From the NCBI GenBank assembly GCA_964487115.1, contig CAZAPD010000055.1, positions 1 to 40,164 on the forward strand: a DNA stretch of 40,164 nt, in the 5' to 3' direction. The DNA comes from an uncultured Thermococci archaeon (GTDB lineage Archaea; Methanobacteriota_B; Thermococci; Thermococcales; Thermococcaceae). The notes beneath the pieces were generated by a model. It had not been told where the DNA came from. It did no database searches and saw nothing but the letters and a program-made list of their open reading frames with translations. Shown here one piece after another: positions 22,221 through 30,281 of this stretch (position 1 is its first letter; every line of letters begins with the position of its first letter). Made by a program: the position numbers and the translations under genes.

Positions 22221-22226
22221 TATCCA

Positions 22227-22889
22227 TCATCCCTCGAGTAAACTTAACAATTTAGAATAATAAATTACAATCTTATTTTTCTGTTTCTCATAAACAATTA
22301 GATGCCCTCCGAGCTCTTCAGACAGATGCCTCTCTTGCGTAACATAAGTTTTAGGTTTTATCGACACAGGAATTTCTTTATTTCCAAGAATAATTACCCC
22401 ATCAACACCTTTGGATTCCTCCTCTGGACTAGCAAGGCGATAACTTCCACCAATCTCCTCTGCAACTTTCTTCAGAATAGCATCCTGCAACATAAGACCC
22501 TCATAAGTTTTGATTAGAACCAAATCTTCTACCCACTTCCTCACAGCATCTTCATCCAATTGCTCCAAAACTTCTTTAAAGTTACCAAGCATGTTCCATA
22601 TTTTCTGTGTGGCTTCATCTATTGCATAAGGATATTTCTGCAAATACCATCTCTTCCAGTCCTCAAATGTTCTACCCCCACTTTCCCTGAATTCCTTAAT
22701 CAATTCACTCATCTGACCAACAACTTTTGGGCGGGTTCCTTGTGCAAACCGGTTTGCAAGATTAATTAATTGCGAAGAATATTTTGGCAACTCTGGCTTA
22801 GGAGGTAATTCTAAAAGTTCTCTTTCTTCCTCAAACGTAATTTCCACTATTCCATTCTCTGTTTTTGACTTACTCACAGATACCACCAC
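22227..22889 (-). CDS. MjaI family type II restriction endonuclease
   Basis: PKYSSQLINLANRFAQGTRPKVVGQMSELIKEF...WVEDLVLIKTYEGL...EESKGVDG...PVSIKP; start may be the GTG at 22880. Confidence 0.88.
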   Translation of the reverse strand: MVVSVSKSKTENGIVEITFEEERELLELPPKPELPKYSSQLINLANRFAQGTRPKVVGQMSELIKEFRESGGRTFEDWKRWYLQKYPYAIDEATQKIWNMLGNFKEVLEQLDEDAVRKWVEDLVLIKTYEGLMLQDAILKKVAEEIGGSYRLASPEEESKGVDGVIILGNKEIPVSIKPKTYVTQERHLSEELGGHLIVYEKQKNKIVIYYSKLLSLLEG

Positions 22890-23143
22890 TTTTGATTGAG
22901 CTCAAACCCTATTTACCTTTTTCCATCTATCCTTGTGATGAACAGGGCATCACGTACTCTCAACTAATGCTGTCAGACGGCCGCAGTGAAAGCAGTGGCA
23001 GTAACAACATTACGCTTTCTCATCAACCAAGCAGCATAATACTCATAAAATAATAATTCCTCCCTGTCTATGCTCCCAAATGAACATAGATGATTCACTT
23101 AAAAACAGATATTGGTAGTATATATTACCATCGCATTAATACT

Positions 23144-23204
23144 AATACTGTCAGGATACGGTGTTTCTATTATTACCCCATTGGTTTATTATCTTGACAG
23201 TAAT
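23144..23204. mobile_element. 61-bp MITE with IS6-type ends
   Basis: aatactgtcaggata...tatcttgacagtaat (13/15 inverted match); left end identical to the element IR at 19358. Confidence 0.7.
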
Positions 23205-23480
23205 TATCAAATCTCACACATTAAATATTTTCTTTGGAGAAGTTAAAAAATTAAAGGAAAAGCTAGAGAGAATAGTAGGTTTTATTTCAGAATTTGGCAC
23301 AGATAAAGAGTTGAAGCCGTCACATATGCCTGTGATGTGAGCGATGCCTTAAGTTAGATTTTGAGTGAGATAATTACAGAGCAGTTTTTAAGTAATAGTT
23401 GTTTGGACATGGAGAAGCTGAGAAGGCTAATAAGAAAGATCGAAAAAAGGGCAGGAAAGAAGATTGAGGCGTATAAGTAA
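23205..23480 (+). pseudogene. Decayed ORF remnant
   Basis: Coding-like segments (NIFFGEVKKLKEKLERIVGFISEF...; ...LDMEKLRRLIRKIEKRAGKKIEAYK*) broken by stops and frameshift. Confidence 0.3.
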
Positions 23481-23499
23481 CCTACTCCGCCCAAAAGGG

Positions 23500-23780
23500 G
23501 GCAGCGTTATACGTTGAGCATTATACCGTTACACCTATAACGTTACCGTTACCGCGTTATCATCAGTGTTATCGCTAACGTTACTGATGTGATAACATGG
23601 AAATAACACATAAAAAATGCTGTCGTGGCTTCTTTTCTGAAATGGAGGCTGGAAGTTTTGCCTTTCTTGATGTTCTGATACCTTGAGCGTTATACTGTTA
23701 TTATACTTTCTCTCATTCTTTGCGCAACTATAACATTATTGTGTGTAATGATGACAGTATAACGTATAACGGTATCAAGG
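23500..23780. repeat. Non-coding tract dense in GTTA(T/C)/ATAAC short repeats
   Basis: About 15 copies by eye, e.g. gcgttatac twice, ttgagc(a/g)ttatac twice, gtataacgtataacggtat. Confidence 0.6.
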
Positions 23781-23810
23781 TACAAAGTTCGAATTTCTAT
23801 AAGCCCAAGT

Positions 23811-23867
23811 AATATTGCTAGGATAATAAGTTGATGGGCAAATTGGAAACCCTATCTTAATAGTATC
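23811..23867. mobile_element. 57-bp degenerate MITE, inverted relative to 23144-23204
   Basis: Reverse complement gatactattaagata...ttattatcctagcaatatt aligns with the first MITE; abuts the truncated transposase 5' end. Confidence 0.55.
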
Positions 23868-24000
23868 TTTTGTTGTGGCGAAAGGGTTTAAGGCTGAAAC
23901 ATCCAGTAAATAATAGTTTCAGCTTTTATGTTCCCCCTTTCTTTTCCTGAAGTAATGCCAGAGATTTAACCTGACACCCTACCACTTATCCTACAGTATC
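23868..24000 (-). pseudogene. IS6 left end plus degenerate transposase N-terminus
   Basis: gatactgt-aggataagtggtagggtgtcagg... then (I)KAETIIYW...KPFRHNK, resembling the start of Thermococcales IS6 transposases; start codon lost. Confidence 0.7.
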
Positions 24001-24048
24001 GTTTTATACATAAAAAGTCATATATACAACAAATGCAGAAGTTAAAAT

Positions 24049-24360
24049 ATGCCATCATTGAGAGCACTGATCAGGCATTTTAAAATCTCAAAGGGGAAGA
24101 ATCGGAAGAAATTAGCATGGAAAGTTGTTAAGGAAGCTGCCCGATATTCCCGAATTGAACCTTACTGGGATTTTCTGAAGAGAAACTTTGATGTTAAGGA
24201 GAAGGATATAAAGGAAGCAATGCTTTTTCTGGAGGAAGAAGGAGAGCTCGAAATAATACGCTCTCTGGATGGGAAGAGGCTTTATGTTTCAACCCTAAAG
24301 GATATAAGGGAGAATCCCATAAAGCTTGACCGATGGTTGAAATTGACTTACAGAAAATAA
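24049..24360 (+). CDS. Hypothetical protein, possible winged-helix
   Basis: 103-aa basic ORF overlapping alkA. Confidence 0.7.
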   Translation: MPSLRALIRHFKISKGKNRKKLAWKVVKEAARYSRIEPYWDFLKRNFDVKEKDIKEAMLFLEEEGELEIIRSLDGKRLYVSTLKDIRENPIKLDRWLKLTYRK

Positions 24361-25160
24361 CCTATGAGATGATTCCCAATGGAACTTGGAAATATGATGG
24401 AGTCTTCTGGCAGGCACTGGAGTATGGTACAGTAGGTTTTGATGGTAAGGATTTTTATTTTCCAGATTCTCTATCACGGAAAGAGAAGAAATACGCTGAG
24501 GACAAAATCAGGTTTATTCTTGGCTTGGGCACGAATCTTGATGAATTCTACAGTCAGATTGAAGACTCAAAGTTTGCATTTTTAGTTGATGAGTTCTGGG
24601 GTTTAACTGTTCCCGCTTCTCCTTACAAATATCAGGCTCTCGTTGAGGTAATTGCCCAACAGCAGATTTCCTTTGAATTTGCTAAAAAGACGATTGCAGG
24701 GCTTGTAAAATTAGCCGGCAAAAAACAGGGGAGCCTCTACATCTTCCCGAAACCCAAGGATATAGCCAGATTATCCATTGAAGAGCTGAAAAAGGCAAAA
24801 CTTGGATACAGAGCGGAATACATAAGAAATCTCACCGATCTAATAATCAAAGGGGAACTCAAACTCGATCTGGAGGAAATGAATGAAGAGGAGGGGATAA
24901 GATACCTTACAAAATTTAGAGGCATCGGAAAATGGACAGCGGAACTTTTTTTAGCATATGGCCTGCGGAAAAATATTTACCCCGCAGGTGATCTGGGGCT
25001 TAGAAGGGGGATAGCAAAGATTTTTAACAGAAGGGTTAAAGAAGTTAAGGAGAGAGACGTCAGGGAGATTCTTGAGCCGTATGGAGAGTGGAAGAGTTTG
25101 CTTGCATTTTATATCACATGCTATGATAGGAAAACTGAAAATGAAAAGAGGAGAAGATGA
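24333..25160 (+). CDS. alkA: AlkA-type DNA-3-methyladenine glycosylase (HhH-GPD)
   Basis: IAQQQIS, LTKFRGIGKWTAE, YPAGDLGLRR. Confidence 0.9.
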   Translation: MVEIDLQKITYEMIPNGTWKYDGVFWQALEYGTVGFDGKDFYFPDSLSRKEKKYAEDKIRFILGLGTNLDEFYSQIEDSKFAFLVDEFWGLTVPASPYKYQALVEVIAQQQISFEFAKKTIAGLVKLAGKKQGSLYIFPKPKDIARLSIEELKKAKLGYRAEYIRNLTDLIIKGELKLDLEEMNEEEGIRYLTKFRGIGKWTAELFLAYGLRKNIYPAGDLGLRRGIAKIFNRRVKEVKERDVREILEPYGEWKSLLAFYITCYDRKTENEKRRR

Positions 25161-25489
25161 CAATGGAATTTTTAGAGATTAGAGTTCCAAAGGATGTTTT
25201 TAGAGAGCTGAAAGGCAGGGATATTGAAGCACTTATCAAAGAATCCCTTCAGAAGGCCGAACTAACTCTTCAGGCTGAAGAAGAGGAATTTTTGAAGAAG
25301 AAGAGGAAAAAACTGAAAGAACAGCTCAAGAAGATGGAGGAAGAATATGGTGAACTTCTGGAGTTCTACCACAAAGCTCTGAGAGATAAGAAGTTTATGC
25401 TGGAAAAAAGAGACGAATTCAAAAGGGAAAACAGGGAACTTAGAAAGGAACTGGAGGCGAAAAAACGTGAGACTAAGAGTAAAGCCTGA
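25157..25489 (+). CDS. Coiled-coil hypothetical protein
   Basis: ATGA overlap with alkA; E/K-rich heptads. Confidence 0.75.
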   Translation: MTMEFLEIRVPKDVFRELKGRDIEALIKESLQKAELTLQAEEEEFLKKKRKKLKEQLKKMEEEYGELLEFYHKALRDKKFMLEKRDEFKRENRELRKELEAKKRETKSKA

Positions 25490-25862
25490 AAAAGGCTTTG
25501 GAAAGATCGAGGTTGAAATTAGTGATGAGCTCTGGAGAGAGGTTAAAGGGATAGGAGAAAAATATAACAGATCCCCCGAGGACGTTCTTAAAATGATTCT
25601 TAAGGGTAAATTTAGGGAACCGGGTGGAGAATACAACTCTCTGAGAGAGGAAATTAGAACTCTGGAGAAAAAGGTCTGGGAGCTGGAGAAAAAGTGGGCT
25701 CCGCTCAGATACAAGGCATATGGAGTCAGCGAAGATAATAAACTTCTGGCAATCGAGCTTGCCAGTTTGATGGCCGAGAATTTTCAGCTTAAAAGGTTTT
25801 TAAAGAAGAAAACCAAAGCAAGTTCTGAGCTGAGAAGGCTTATCTCGTATTACATCCAGTGA
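25467..25862 (+). CDS. Coiled-coil hypothetical protein with an RHH-like N-terminus
   Basis: GGAGG RBS, GTG start; IEVEISDELW...EDVLKMIL followed by heptads. Confidence 0.75.
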   Translation: MRLRVKPEKGFGKIEVEISDELWREVKGIGEKYNRSPEDVLKMILKGKFREPGGEYNSLREEIRTLEKKVWELEKKWAPLRYKAYGVSEDNKLLAIELASLMAENFQLKRFLKKKTKASSELRRLISYYIQ

Positions 25863-25868
25863 AGCTCT

Positions 25869-25925
25869 GGCGGATGATGATCACTTCGGTTCGGATTGAT
25901 GAAGAACCCTATGAGCGCTGACGCC
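25869..25925 (+). ncRNA. Box C/D guide sRNA; D guide predicted to direct Cm34 of a tRNA-Met(CAU)
   Basis: Terminal stem ggcg/cgcc; C box ATGATGA (25874-80), D' CGGA, C' TTGATGA, D CTGA (25918-21); D guide agaaccctatgagcg. Confidence 0.88.
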
Positions 25926-25953
25926 TTATTTGAATGTCAGGAGTGTGATGACT

Positions 25954-28900
25954 ATGATGGGTTTAGCCGAGATCGAAAGAAAAGCCTTTGATTTAATGGC
26001 AACTTCTATCAGGAAATACGAATTTCTAAATAGATGGGAATTAGAGAGCAAAACCATAGCGCTTCCATTCCAGAGAGAAGCTGAGCCGAATACACTGGTA
26101 GTTTTTTCAGAAGAGATAGAGGTTCCTAACGATGGCCTCAAGTGGTTCTTGAAAGTTTCTATGGAAGGAAATGCTTTAGTAAAACTTGATGGCATGGCAT
26201 ATGGAACAATAGATGATGTTCACACTTACATTCCAATCCGCCCTGGGAGGCACAGGCTTGAGCTCGTGGTGTCCCCTTTGACAATGTTTGGATACCACAA
26301 ATGGCGTATTAAGATTGATTATGCGATGCTCGTTGGAATTATGTGGGAACCCTACGTTCTGGCCCAAAGACTGCTTGACTTAGTGAGCTTTATTGAAGTG
26401 CTCCAAGAGAATGACTTAAAAGAGGCCTTAATGAAGGAGCTCTCGGATATCCTCATTCGAGTTAAGAGTGTTCCGAGTATCAACCAAATTACCCTCCTTA
26501 GAATGCTCCTCCATGACGGTGGGTTGGGAATCAAAGAGCTCAAAATTGGACGCTTTGATGTGAGGGAGATCAGACCTGACTATATGTTTCTCTCTGCAGT
26601 GTATGGAATTGGGATTATGAAAGGGAAAGTCGAGGATATTGCCCAGCCAAAGAGAGAACACTACTTGAGGGAGATTGAGAGAATTCTTAAAGAGCTCGAA
26701 CAAGCACTCACCAGATTAAGGAGAACATTCCCAAAAATCGGCAGAGCGTATGCTTTTGCTCATTCTCACATAGATGCTGCTTGGTTATGGACATATGCCG
26801 AAACAAGGCAGAAGATTCTGAGAACTTTTTCAACAATTGAGAGGCTCATGAGAAGGTACGGAATTACATATCTCCAGAGCTCGGCTCAGTACTATGAATG
26901 GCTTGAGGATCTTAACAAAGAACTCTTTGAGAAAGTCAAAAAGTATGTCAGTGAAGGAAAATGGATACTGGCCGGAGGCATGTGGGTCGAAAGCGATGTT
27001 CAGCTTATAGATGGTGAATCCCTTGTGAGGCAGTTCTTATATGGCCAAAGGTACTTCCTTGAAAAATTCGGGAGAATAGCAAAGATAGGATGGCTTCCTG
27101 ATACCTTTGGATTTTCAGCTTCTCTGCCACAGATAATGAAGAAGAGTGGAATCGAAGTCTTTGCTACGTATAAGATTCTGTGGAACGAGAGAAACGAGTT
27201 TCCCTATCATGCCTTTATATGGAGAGGCATTGATGGGACAGAGATTCCCGTTCATCTTATGATGAGTTATAAATCCTCAATGACAGCCAAAAGCCTCTAC
27301 AAACAGTGGAAACGCTATAAAAACAAATATGAAGTTCCATTCCTGCTCTATGCATACGGATACGGCGACGGAGGTGGGGGAATTACATGGGAAATGGTTG
27401 AGATGATGAAGTACATGAACAAGGTTCCCCACATCCCAAAGATAGTCAAAGGTTATGAGGATGAGTATATGGCAGAGCTTAAATCGTGCATAGATAGAAT
27501 GCCCACATGGGAGGGTGAACTCTACGTTGAGGTGCACAGGGGGACTTATACAACGAACCTTAAGATGAAGAAGTATATGGCAGACGCTGAATCAGTTTTA
27601 AGGAGCGCTGAAATCTGGAGCTCGATAGCTGAAATGCTTGGACTGTTTGAATATCCAAAAGAAAAGATTGAAGAGCTTTGGAAGAGGGTTCTGCTTCATC
27701 AGTTTCATGACGTTTTGCCCGGTTCATCAATAAGAGAGGTTTATGATGAAGCCATTGGAGACCTAAATGAGGTAATCAGAGAGTCCGAGGGGATAATTCG
27801 AAATGCACTGGAGAAAATCGCCGAAAAGGAGGGTAATCCCCTGATATTCAATGATTTACCTTGGGAGAGAAAAGAAGTAGTTGAGGTAAATGGAGAATAC
27901 TACCTCATTGAGGCTCCACCTCTCGGCTGGAATGCCCTTGAACCGATTGAAGCTAAGAAAGGGGTTGAAGTCAAAGAGAAGGAAGATAGGATAATACTTG
28001 AAAACGAACATTTGAGGGCGGTTATAAATAGGGATGGAGAGCTGGTTTCTCTCTACGACAAAGAGAATGGGAGAGAAGCGTTAAGAAGCACCAGCAACGT
28101 CTTAATGGCCCACATAGACACTCCGGGTATGTGGGATGCCTGGGATATAAACGAGGACTTCCTGATTCAAGGTGAGAAACTCAAAACCATTGAAGAGGTG
28201 AAGGTAGTTTATCAGAGCCCTCTGATTGCAATTGTAAAAGTGGTTAAAGGGTACAGTACTTCGAGGGTGATCCAGTTTATAAAGCTTCGCAAGGAATCGA
28301 AATTGCTGGAGTTTGAGACCAAAGTCGACTGGAAAGACAAGGAAATTCTGCTTAAAGCATGGTTTAACTTCAACACACACAACTGGAGCTCCTTCTACGA
28401 TATCCCCTATGGCGTAATAGAAAGACCAGCCGTAAGGAACACCCCATGGGAGCAGGCTAAATTTGAGGTTCCAGCTCTGAGATGGGCAGATGTCTGCGAT
28501 GGAGACTATGGAGTTGCTGTAATCTGCACATCGAGGCATGGCTACACAAACTGGGACTCAAAGATTGGACTCAGCCTGCTTAAGTCCCCAATATATCCAA
28601 ATCCATGGAGTGACTTAGGAGAAGGTGGATTTACATATTACATCTATCCTCATAGGGGAGATTGGTTTGATGGGGAGGTTTATAAGAGAGCACTGGAAAT
28701 CTGGTCAAAACTCAGGGTTGTTAAAGCAGAGAAGAGTAAAGAAAAAGCTAAGGGGTTTAGCTTTATAGGAACAGATGCGGTAGTTGGCGCGTTGAAGAAG
28801 GCGGAAGATGGAAATGGATATATTCTAAGGCTGTACAATCCATCAAAGGAAGAGCTTGAGGTTGAACTGCCAAGAGAAGGTATTGAAATAGACATGATTG

Positions 28901-28977
28901 AGCTCAGGGAACTTGGAAAGGTTGGCAAAAAAGTTAAGCTAAAGCCCTTTGAGATTAAAACAATCAGGATTTCTTAA
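25954..28977 (+). CDS. GH38 alpha-mannosidase
   Basis: [46 protein letters not shown]; start 25948/25954/25957 uncertain. Confidence 0.93.
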   Translation: MMGLAEIERKAFDLMATSIRKYEFLNRWELESKTIALPFQREAEPNTLVVFSEEIEVPNDGLKWFLKVSMEGNALVKLDGMAYGTIDDVHTYIPIRPGRHRLELVVSPLTMFGYHKWRIKIDYAMLVGIMWEPYVLAQRLLDLVSFIEVLQENDLKEALMKELSDILIRVKSVPSINQITLLRMLLHDGGLGIKELKIGRFDVREIRPDYMFLSAVYGIGIMKGKVEDIAQPKREHYLREIERILKELEQALTRLRRTFPKIGRAYAFAHSHIDAAWLWTYAETRQKILRTFSTIERLMRRYGITYLQSSAQYYEWLEDLNKELFEKVKKYVSEGKWILAGGMWVESDVQLIDGESLVRQFLYGQRYFLEKFGRIAKIGWLPDTFGFSASLPQIMKKSGIEVFATYKILWNERNEFPYHAFIWRGIDGTEIPVHLMMSYKSSMTAKSLYKQWKRYKNKYEVPFLLYAYGYGDGGGGITWEMVEMMKYMNKVPHIPKIVKGYEDEYMAELKSCIDRMPTWEGELYVEVHRGTYTTNLKMKKYMADAESVLRSAEIWSSIAEMLGLFEYPKEKIEELWKRVLLHQFHDVLPGSSIREVYDEAIGDLNEVIRESEGIIRNALEKIAEKEGNPLIFNDLPWERKEVVEVNGEYYLIEAPPLGWNALEPIEAKKGVEVKEKEDRIILENEHLRAVINRDGELVSLYDKENGREALRSTSNVLMAHIDTPGMWDAWDINEDFLIQGEKLKTIEEVKVVYQSPLIAIVKVVKGYSTSRVIQFIKLRKESKLLEFETKVDWKDKEILLKAWFNFNTHNWSSFYDIPYGVIERPAVRNTPWEQAKFEVPALRWADVCDGDYGVAVICTSRHGYTNWDSKIGLSLLKSPIYPNPWSDLGEGGFTYYIYPHRGDWFDGEVYKRALEIWSKLRVVKAEKSKEKAKGFSFIGTDAVVGALKKAEDGNGYILRLYNPSKEELEVELPREGIEIDMIELRELGKVGKKVKLKPFEIKTIRIS

Positions 28978-29455
28978 TCTTTCTCTTTCTGCTCTTCCTT
29001 CTTGGGAGTAACTTAACAGGACTCCCACAATCAGGACAGATGCCTCCCGGCGGCTCACGCTCAAATTTCTTGTTGCATCCAATACACACATATTTCCAGC
29101 GGATTACTTTTCTTATGCCCCGTTTAAGTGTTTTAAACCTTACTCCAAGAATTTTGGCAATATTCTGGAGATTGTAATCATCAGTAAAAAGGACAGCTTT
29201 TAGTTCATAAGCAAGTGCAAGAACTTCAATGTCTGCTTCGCTTAGCTCATCCAATTCTCCAGTCTCGAGGGCTTTCGTTTTGACAGCTTCAATACTCTCT
29301 TCGGAAGGCATCAGGACTTTTACTTTGCCAGCGCTGATTAAACTCTCTAAAAAAAGCTTTGACTCAGGGTCTTTAACCTCCTCAATTATCTTAGGTGTCG
29401 TGTAGCCTTCAACATCAATCCCCTGAATGAATATTGCGGCATCAATGACGAGCAT
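28964..29455 (-). CDS. nob1: Nob1 endoribonuclease (PIN + Zn ribbon)
   Basis: [24 protein letters not shown]...CPDCGS. Confidence 0.92.
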   Translation of the reverse strand: MLVIDAAIFIQGIDVEGYTTPKIIEEVKDPESKLFLESLISAGKVKVLMPSEESIEAVKTKALETGELDELSEADIEVLALAYELKAVLFTDDYNLQNIAKILGVRFKTLKRGIRKVIRWKYVCIGCNKKFEREPPGGICPDCGSPVKLLPRRKSRKRKIKKS

Positions 29456-29522
29456 GATAGAAGTTCACCATTGGGGTTAAAGCTTTTGGGGAAATTAGAA
29501 AAATGGAAGAAATATGCTAATG

Positions 29523-30281
29523 CTAAAACTCCTCAATCTTTCTGAATTTATTCCGTGGAGACATGAAAGCAACTTTGCTGTGGCTTAAACCTGATAAAAC
29601 AACTGCAGCTGCTGTATATATCGCAGCTCTGAGCGGCTCGATTATTGGGACATGCACTCCAAGTTCTGTGAAATGTGTTTTTATTGCATCTACCAGTGGT
29701 GACATCCCGGTACAGCCTAAGACTACCGAATATGCTCCATCTTCAAGAACAGCTTTTTCTGCCGCTTTAACGGCTTTTTCCACTGTTAGCTCTGGGTTGC
29801 TTTCCAATTCCAATACAGGTATATGAATAGTCCGTATTGATGCCAAATTTTGAATTAGGCCGTACTTCATAATCAATGATCTAATCAGATGCTCTGTCTC
29901 GGGAAGTATATTTATAACTGAAAACCTGCCTGCAAGTTGGGATGCCATATGAATTGCAGCTTGATTTGCTCCGATTACAGGTATCTCGACTAATTCCCTC
30001 GCAGCGTCGAGGCCAGGATCACCAAAACAGTCGAGGACTACGGCATCATAATCATTCTCTTCAGCCCACTTGACTTTCCTGAGAATGTATGGAACGTTTA
30101 ATGCTTCGTCATAGTTACTCTCGATAGAGGCTGTCCCCTTGTCGATACAGGCAACTTCAAGTCTTATTAACCCTTCCGTTTTTTCATCGAGGATTTTTCC
30201 AAGCTTTTTCCTGTCCTCAATAGCCCCTGCTATACCTTTAGTTTCGATGACTGGAACCAGATCGAGTATCCTTATCCTCAT
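29523..30281 (-). CDS. Hydantoin/allantoin racemase family protein
   Basis: Two catalytic Cys motifs DCFGDPG and LGCTGM. Confidence 0.88.
   Translation of the reverse strand: MRIRILDLVPVIETKGIAGAIEDRKKLGKILDEKTEGLIRLEVACIDKGTASIESNYDEALNVPYILRKVKWAEENDYDAVVLDCFGDPGLDAARELVEIPVIGANQAAIHMASQLAGRFSVINILPETEHLIRSLIMKYGLIQNLASIRTIHIPVLELESNPELTVEKAVKAAEKAVLEDGAYSVVLGCTGMSPLVDAIKTHFTELGVHVPIIEPLRAAIYTAAAVVLSGLSHSKVAFMSPRNKFRKIEEF

Larger units (their letters stand above)
19358..24000. mobile_element. IS6-derived non-autonomous element carrying a restriction-modification cassette
   Basis: Terminal IRs aatactgtcaggataa (19358-19373) and ttatcct-acagtatc (23986-24000); flanking 8-mers gttctata (19350-19357) and gttttata (24001-24008); transposase C-terminal remnant at the left end and N-terminal remnant at the right end, both minus strand. 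Confidence 0.8.

Noticed and set aside
21507..22241. 244-aa plus-strand ORF
   Set aside because: Antisense shadow of the 360-aa nuclease gene; no RBS or recognisable motif and atypical composition.
22865..23053. 62-aa plus-strand ORF upstream of the REase
   Set aside because: No RBS, overlaps the REase start antisense; the region looks like decayed minus-strand sequence that I cannot assign.
23500..23780. Possible CRISPR array
   Set aside because: No 24-47-bp repeat with regular spacers; only 5-13-bp motifs at irregular intervals, and no cas genes.
28964..29455. PIN protein as a VapC toxin
   Set aside because: The C-terminal Zn ribbon and lack of an antitoxin identify it as Nob1.
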